From Abditibacterium sp. (GTDB lineage Bacteria > Armatimonadota > Abditibacteriia > Abditibacteriales > Abditibacteriaceae): a stretch of DNA of 64,000 bases. The DNA is taken from contig CBDASK010000003.1 in the NCBI GenBank assembly GCA_965199495.1, positions 2,304,001-2,368,000 of the forward strand. Direction: 5' to 3'. A program made the position numbers and the translations under genes. Below the pieces are notes generated by a model. It saw nothing but the letters and a program-made list of their open reading frames with translations. It did not search any database and had not been told where the DNA came from. Shown piece by piece: positions 58,287 to 64,000 of this stretch (positions are counted from its first letter, which is position 1; each line of letters begins with the position of its first letter).

Positions 58287-58325
58287 TAAGAAGTCAAGAG
58301 CAAATCGGTTAAAATAAAGGAGATT

Positions 58326-58970
58326 ATGAAAAAAAGTGAGCTGCCCGGCGAGCGCGTTGGCAAGCGCGGCGATGAACTGCGCGCGCATATTTTGTGGGCG
58401 GCCAAGGACGTATTTTTGGACGAGGGTTTCGAGCGCGCTTCGATGGACGCCATCGCCGCGCGCGCCGAGACTTCCAAACGCACGCTTTACGCGCACTTCG
58501 AGAACAAAGAGAATTTATATTTGGCGGTCGTCGAGTTGGTGCGCGCGCTTTTGATGCAACGCTTGCAACATCCCGGCGATTATTCGGATGATCCGGCGCA
58601 AGCGCTTGTGATGTTTTGCGGGCGCTTTCTGGAAATCATACTTTACGCGCCCAGCATTCGCATGAGCCGCATGAACATCGCGCAGGCCGAGCGTTTTCCT
58701 CAAGGCGCCGCGAGTTACCACGACGCCGGTTTTTCCGTCGCGCACGAACGCTTGAGCGATTATTTGGCGATGAAATTCGCTTTATCGGAACAGGCCAGCT
58801 TAGACGCGGCGCAAGAGCTGTTGGGCCGCGTATTGCATCCGCGTTTTGTGCGCGCACTGTTTGGCGTGGACGAACTCTCGTCGCAGTTGGGCGAAGATTC
58901 CATCCGCGACGACTTGGATTTGGAACCCATCCGCCGCGCCGTGGCTGATGTGTTGGCCTCGCTGAATTAG
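58326..58970 (+). CDS. TetR/AcrR family regulator
   Basis: GFERASMDAIAARAETSKRTLYAHFENKENL; AGGAG RBS. Confidence 0.92.
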   Translation: MKKSELPGERVGKRGDELRAHILWAAKDVFLDEGFERASMDAIAARAETSKRTLYAHFENKENLYLAVVELVRALLMQRLQHPGDYSDDPAQALVMFCGRFLEIILYAPSIRMSRMNIAQAERFPQGAASYHDAGFSVAHERLSDYLAMKFALSEQASLDAAQELLGRVLHPRFVRALFGVDELSSQLGEDSIRDDLDLEPIRRAVADVLASLN

Positions 58971-58971
58971 A

Positions 58972-59796
58972 TTAGCCCTGCGCGGCGTTGGAAACGTCGG
59001 CCCACGCTTCCCATGTCGCGATGCGCCCGGCGTAGGCGGCGCGCGCGGCGGGCAAGTTCTGGTCGCCGAGCATCATGCGCAGCGGCGGTTTTTCGGCATC
59101 CACGATCTGCAAAATAGCGTCGGGCGTCGCCTGCGGGTTGCCGCGTTTCTGGTTTTTCAAGCCCGCCATCAGGTTCTGGCGCAACTCGGCGTAGACTTCC
59201 ATCCCCTCGGATTGCTTGAGCGACGCGTCGCTGCCAAACTCGGTGGCGTAGGCGCCGGGTTCGATGATCGTGACGTGAATGCCGAACGGTTCGACTTCCT
59301 GAGCCAAGCTCTCGTGGAGCGCCTCAATCGCCCATTTGGAAGCGCAGTAAAGCCCAATGAGCGGCACCGCGATGATGCCCAGAGTGCTGGAAACGCCCAG
59401 AATATGGCCGCTGCCCTGCGCGCGTAAGATGGGCAAAACCGCCTGAATCACGCGTAACGTGCCGAAAAAATTGGCGTCGAACTCGGCTTGCACGTCGCTT
59501 CCCTTGACTTCCTCGACCGTGCCGACCAACGAGTAACCTGCGTTGTTAATCACGACATCCAATCTGCCGAAATGTTCGTGCGCCTGGGCGACGGCGCTTT
59601 GGACTTGCTCGGCATTGGTCACATCGAGCGCGAGCGGCAAAGCGGCGTCGCCAAACTGTGCGGCGAAGTCAGCCACGTCGGCGACATTGCGCGCGGTCAC
59701 CGCGACTTTATCGCCGCGCTTCAGTGCGGCCTGCGCCCAGATGCGGCCCATGCCACGCGAGGCGCCAGTAATAAACCAGATTTTTGGGTTGTTCAT
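58972..59796 (-). CDS. Classical SDR oxidoreductase
   Basis: TGASRGMG, NNAG, YCASK. Confidence 0.92.
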   Translation of the reverse strand: MNNPKIWFITGASRGMGRIWAQAALKRGDKVAVTARNVADVADFAAQFGDAALPLALDVTNAEQVQSAVAQAHEHFGRLDVVINNAGYSLVGTVEEVKGSDVQAEFDANFFGTLRVIQAVLPILRAQGSGHILGVSSTLGIIAVPLIGLYCASKWAIEALHESLAQEVEPFGIHVTIIEPGAYATEFGSDASLKQSEGMEVYAELRQNLMAGLKNQKRGNPQATPDAILQIVDAEKPPLRMMLGDQNLPAARAAYAGRIATWEAWADVSNAAQG

Positions 59797-59862
59797 AATG
59801 TTATCCTTTGATGCGTGATCTCCAGTGATTTCAATGACACGCGCCGCTCAGTGTAAGCGTCC

Positions 59863-59903
59863 ATCTAAACGCTGTCAAGATTAAATTTGAACACTGTTAA
59901 GAT
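59863..59903. promoter_or_regulatory. Tandem candidate TetR operators
   Basis: Imperfect palindromes ATCTAAACGCTGTCAAGAT and ATTTGAACACTGTTAAGAT, 22 bp apart. Confidence 0.65.
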
Positions 59904-59912
59904 TTGACTAAA

Positions 59913-60554
59913 ATGGCTGTAAAAAAAGAGAATTATCATCACGGCGATTTGCGCGCGGCGCTTATTCGCGCGGCGGACGAGATTATCAGCGAGAGCGGCA
60001 TTGAGGGTTTTTCGCTGCGCGCGGCGGCGGCGCGGGCGGGCGTCTCACCGGGCGCTCCGGCGCATCATTTCGGGAGCGCCAAAGGTTTGCTCACCGAAGT
60101 CGCGCTTTTGGGGTTCGAGCGCGTGGACGGTTACCTCGAAAAAGTCGAACCCTGCGGCGACGTGGCTGCCGATATGCGCGCGGTCAGTCTGGCGTTCGTG
60201 CGTTTCGCCCTCGATAATCCCGGCCATTTTCGGCTGATGTTTCGCAACGATTTAATCAATCGCGACGACCCGCGTTACGCCGAAATTAGCCACAAACCGG
60301 GCGCGCGTTTGAGCGCGGCAGTGGCCGCTTACCACGGCAAAACTGAGTTAGATTTAGAGCGATTCGAGGACGCCGCCGATCTTTTCGGCGCGCTTTCCAC
60401 GATTCACGGATTGGCGCACATGGTTTTGGCGGAAAAGGCGACAGCTTTTTTCGCGCACGCCGACGCGCACGAATTCGCCCAGCGCGAACTGCCGCGTGTG
60501 CTGGAACGAATGTATCCCGCCGCGCCCGGTAAAAATAAAGATGGATTCTCTTAA
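59913..60554 (+). CDS. TetR family regulator (WHG-like C-terminus)
   Basis: YHHGDLRAALI, FSLRAAAARAGVSPGAPAHHF, IHGLA. Confidence 0.9.
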   Translation: MAVKKENYHHGDLRAALIRAADEIISESGIEGFSLRAAAARAGVSPGAPAHHFGSAKGLLTEVALLGFERVDGYLEKVEPCGDVAADMRAVSLAFVRFALDNPGHFRLMFRNDLINRDDPRYAEISHKPGARLSAAVAAYHGKTELDLERFEDAADLFGALSTIHGLAHMVLAEKATAFFAHADAHEFAQRELPRVLERMYPAAPGKNKDGFS

Positions 60555-63500
60555 AACTGCTCCAATCGTTTACCCCGCACCGATGCCAACGATTCGACCA
60601 AAACTTCGATTGTGCGCAGCAATTGCGCGTCGTTCATCGCGCGCGTGTTGATCGCCAAACCTTCGAGTTTGCGCAGCGCCAACGTCTGCAAAGCGCGCTT
60701 GTCTTTTTCGCCCAGAATTTTATAAGCATATTTTAAATCGCTATCTTCAAACGTATCGCCGGGCTTGAGTTTAATCAATACTTCTTCGGGGCTTTTAGTG
60801 ATACTTCGCAGATAGGCTTTCAACATCCAAACGCGCACTTTTAACACGCGAATCAGATTAAACGCGGGCGCCGGAAGCGCGCCGAAACGGTCGCGCAGTT
60901 CCTCGCGGATTGATTCGACATCTTCGAGTTCGCGCACCATCGTCATTTCGCGATAAAGGCCCAAACGCTCGACGGCATCGGCAACGTAATCTTCGGGCAA
61001 ATACGCCGGAATCGGCAAGTCCACTTCGGGCAACTCCTCGACACGAGCCACGCGCTTGGTTTGGCCGCGCGTTTTGGCGACGGCTTCGGCCAAAAACTGC
61101 GAATACAAATCCATGCCGACCGCCGCAATCGAGCCGCTCTGTTTGATGCCCAGCACATCGCCCGCGCCGCGAATTTCGAGGTCGCGCATCGCGATGCGAA
61201 AACCGGCGCCCAAATCGGTGTTTTCCTGCAAAGCCGCCAAACGTTCTTCGGCGTCTTTGGGCATTTTGCCGCGATTGGAATGCAAGAAATACGCATACGC
61301 CTGACGCGGACTGCGCCCTACTCTTCCGCGCAATTGATACATTTGCGACAACCCCAAACGGTCGGCGTGATCGCAGATAATCGTGTTGGCGTTGGGCAGG
61401 TCAATGCCATTTTCGATAATCGTCGTCGCCAACAAAATATCGGTGCGATGCTGCATAAAGTCGAGCATCACTTGTTCTAATGCTTCGTCGCCCATCTGTC
61501 CGTGGCCCATGCCGATGCGCGCGTGCGGCACCAGTTTTTGCAACTGATCGGCGACGTGGCTGATGCTGTCCACGCGATTGTGGATGTAATAAATCTGGCC
61601 TTCGCGCTCCAGTTCGCGCTCGATGGCCGCGCGCACAACCGCGTCTTTTTGCGGCATCACATACGTGCGAATCGGCAAACGGCCACGCGGCGGATCGGTA
61701 ATCAGCGAAATTCCGCGTAATCCGCCCAATGCCATTTGCAGCGTGCGCGGAATCGGCGTCGCGCTCATCGTCAGAATATCGACTTCGGCGCGCAATTCTT
61801 TCAAACGTTCTTTTTGCATCACGCCGAAACGTTGTTCTTCGTCCACGATAACTAATCCCAAATCTTTGAACTCGACATCTTTTTGAATCAACCGATGTGT
61901 TCCGATAACGATGTCAACGCCACCACTTTTTAAGTTCTCCAAAGTTCGTTTAATTTCGGTCGCGGTCTTAAATCTGGAAACGACTTCGATACGCGTGGGA
62001 TACGCGTTCATGCGTTCGCTAAAAGTCTGAAAATGTTGTTGCGCCAAAACGGTCGTAGGAACTAAAACCGCGACCTGTTTACCTTCCTGCACCGCTTTGA
62101 AAGCGGCGCGCACGGCGATTTCGGTCTTGCCGAAACCGACATCGCCGCAGACCAATCTGTCCATCGGCTTGCCAGTTTCCATGTCCGATTTGGTGTCTTT
62201 AATCGCCTGCAATTGCGAGGGCGTTTCCTCGAATGGAAACGCCGATTCCATTTCGCGTTGCCACATCGTGTCCGGCCCCAGCGGCGCTTTTTCGGCTTTC
62301 TCGCGGCGCGCATACAAAACCGCCAAATCCTGCGCGGCCTGCATCGCTTCCTCGCGGGCGCGGGTTTTGGCTTTCTCCCAACTGCCGCCTTTGAGCGGCG
62401 TTAGCGAAGGCACCGACGCATCCGAACCCATATATTTCTGCACGCGATCTAACTGGCCAACCGGCACATACAAACGGTCTTGACCGTCGTATTCCAATGC
62501 CAGATATTCGTTGACCGCGCCACCGATTTCGCGTTGCACGACGCCGCCATATTGCGCGATGCCGTGATTGACGTGAACGACATAATCGCCTTCGCGCAGG
62601 TCGGCGATTTTGGACAATGGCGAAGTTTCGCTGCCGAATTTCTCCGCGCCGCCCTTCTTTTTGCGACGGCTCCGTTTGGTCGCGCGCGGCTGAAACGTCT
62701 GCCAACCGAACATTTCGCTGTCGCACAAAACGCACAATTCGCCCCAGTTAAAACCATTTGTCAATCGCTGCGGCATCACCAAAATTTGGCCGTTTTCGGC
62801 TTTGTTAATCTCGTCAATTAAGTGGACGTGGCTGATGTTTTGGTCGGCCAAAATCTCGCGCACGCGGCGCGCGTGCGAAGTCGCGCACACGATGATTTTG
62901 CCCTCGTGCTGACGAACTTTAATCCAATCGCAAAGCGGCGCGATTTGCCCGTTGAACGCGGGCGGCGCGCCGATTTCGAGCGAAACATCGGCGCCGTCGT
63001 CGCTGCCCGCGCGCGCCTCGAAACGCGTAAATTTGGCGCTGGCCGTTTGCAATTCGTCCCAACTGGCGACCGACGGCGGCACTTCCAAAATATCATCTTG
63101 ATGTAACGCCGTGTTTTCATCGGCCAAGCGCGAAACCTGCGACAGAGCGCGCTCCGGCTCGGCCCAAATTATCAAGGCATCTGGGGGCAAATGATCGAAG
63201 AGCGTCGAATGTTGCGGCTCGATCAAGCCGCGGTAACGCTCGACGCCGGGGAAATATCTGCCGCTATCTAATAATTCGATTTCGCGGTCGAAGCGGCGCT
63301 TCAAAACGCGAATATCTTCGGGAAACGCTTTCAATCGCTCGATTTCTTCGTCCAAACGAATCAACAATTGCGCGGCGATTTCGCGTCCTTTGGCTGCCGA
63401 TAAATATAATTCGCGCGGCGGAGTTAAGCGAATCGATTTCAATTTCTCGGTCGAGCGCTGCGTTTCGACATCGAAAGCGCGCAGTTCGTCAATTTCGTCG

Positions 63501-64000
63501 CCCCACAATTCGAGGCGCATCGGCGTGCCTCCGGCGGGCGGATAGAAATCTATAATGCCGCCACGCACCGCGAACTGGCCCGATTCCTCAACTTCTTCGA
63601 CGCGCTCGTAACCTGCTTCCGATAAGTGCGCGATGAAATCGTCGCGCGTCAATTTCTGGCCGACGTTCAATTCGTCGTAGCCCTGAATTAACTGTTTGAC
63701 CGGCAGCGTCGGATGAGCCACGGCGACGGCAGTCGTGACGATGAGCGGCTTTTCGCGGTGAATCGCATCCAAAACCGCGAGGCGTTCTTGCGTGGCGTTG
63801 CGGTCGTCGGTGTCGTCCAAAACCGCGCGGTCGGGCGCCGGAAAATAGAGCGCCTCGCGCGATTCGTCGGGCGCAATCGCGGCCAAATCGCGCAACGCAT
63901 TTTCGCCGCTTTCGGCGGTTGGGCACACCAAAACAACGGTTTTTTCGCTGACCTGCGACAGATATTCCGCCAGAGGCGCCCAACTCGCGGGCGGCGCTCC
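60551..64000 (-). CDS. mfd: Transcription-repair coupling factor Mfd (5' end beyond the window)
   Basis: [55 protein letters not shown]; frame open to the window end. Confidence 0.96.
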   Translation of the reverse strand, partial: GAPPASWAPLAEYLSQVSEKTVVLVCPTAESGENALRDLAAIAPDESREALYFPAPDRAVLDDTDDRNATQERLAVLDAIHREKPLIVTTAVAVAHPTLPVKQLIQGYDELNVGQKLTRDDFIAHLSEAGYERVEEVEESGQFAVRGGIIDFYPPAGGTPMRLELWGDEIDELRAFDVETQRSTEKLKSIRLTPPRELYLSAAKGREIAAQLLIRLDEEIERLKAFPEDIRVLKRRFDREIELLDSGRYFPGVERYRGLIEPQHSTLFDHLPPDALIIWAEPERALSQVSRLADENTALHQDDILEVPPSVASWDELQTASAKFTRFEARAGSDDGADVSLEIGAPPAFNGQIAPLCDWIKVRQHEGKIIVCATSHARRVREILADQNISHVHLIDEINKAENGQILVMPQRLTNGFNWGELCVLCDSEMFGWQTFQPRATKRSRRKKKGGAEKFGSETSPLSKIADLREGDYVVHVNHGIAQYGGVVQREIGGAVNEYLALEYDGQDRLYVPVGQLDRVQKYMGSDASVPSLTPLKGGSWEKAKTRAREEAMQAAQDLAVLYARREKAEKAPLGPDTMWQREMESAFPFEETPSQLQAIKDTKSDMETGKPMDRLVCGDVGFGKTEIAVRAAFKAVQEGKQVAVLVPTTVLAQQHFQTFSERMNAYPTRIEVVSRFKTATEIKRTLENLKSGGVDIVIGTHRLIQKDVEFKDLGLVIVDEEQRFGVMQKERLKELRAEVDILTMSATPIPRTLQMALGGLRGISLITDPPRGRLPIRTYVMPQKDAVVRAAIERELEREGQIYYIHNRVDSISHVADQLQKLVPHARIGMGHGQMGDEALEQVMLDFMQHRTDILLATTIIENGIDLPNANTIICDHADRLGLSQMYQLRGRVGRSPRQAYAYFLHSNRGKMPKDAEERLAALQENTDLGAGFRIAMRDLEIRGAGDVLGIKQSGSIAAVGMDLYSQFLAEAVAKTRGQTKRVARVEELPEVDLPIPAYLPEDYVADAVERLGLYREMTMVRELEDVESIREELRDRFGALPAPAFNLIRVLKVRVWMLKAYLRSITKSPEEVLIKLKPGDTFEDSDLKYAYKILGEKDKRALQTLALRKLEGLAINTRAMNDAQLLRTIEVLVESLASVRGKRLEQF

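Noticed and set aside
17..62834. CAGCCACG as a Chi- or KOPS-like polar site
   Set aside because: Orientation is balanced (22 versus 20) and interleaved along the window, unlike replichore-skewed motifs.

Overview
64 kb of a moderately GC-rich bacterial chromosome, most consistent with Abditibacteriota/Armatimonadota (inferred from gene content such as a DUF1559-type prepilin with H-X9-DG, DUF1800/DUF1501 and RCC1 proteins; not verified by a search). Core genes: a split dcw cluster (mraZ-rsmH-ftsL-like-ftsI ... murE-murF-mraY), ffh, rpmE-DUF1385-prfA-ruvX-mltG, purN-purH and a 5'-truncated mfd. Accessory genes: a cytochrome b/Mo-oxidoreductase/two-component/Met-rich protein locus, a PaoABC-like aldehyde oxidoreductase, and TetR-SDR modules. 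No rRNA, tRNA, CRISPR, integrase or transposase was found. Main observations: (1) a non-palindromic motif CAGCCACG(N)CG in at least 42 exact 8-mer copies on both strands and in several reading frames, resembling a DNA-uptake or nucleoid-binding signal; (2) a FapD/FapF-like secretion locus whose apparent cargo is a small Lys/Ser/Cys-rich peptide with a double-glycine-like leader; (3) a 3.4-kb integrase-less island flanked by a synonymously recoded duplicate of the last 101 bp of ffh; (4) many families of long palindromic REP/MITE-like elements, some nested and one inserted in frame into a lipoprotein signal peptide. All counts and alignments were done by eye.
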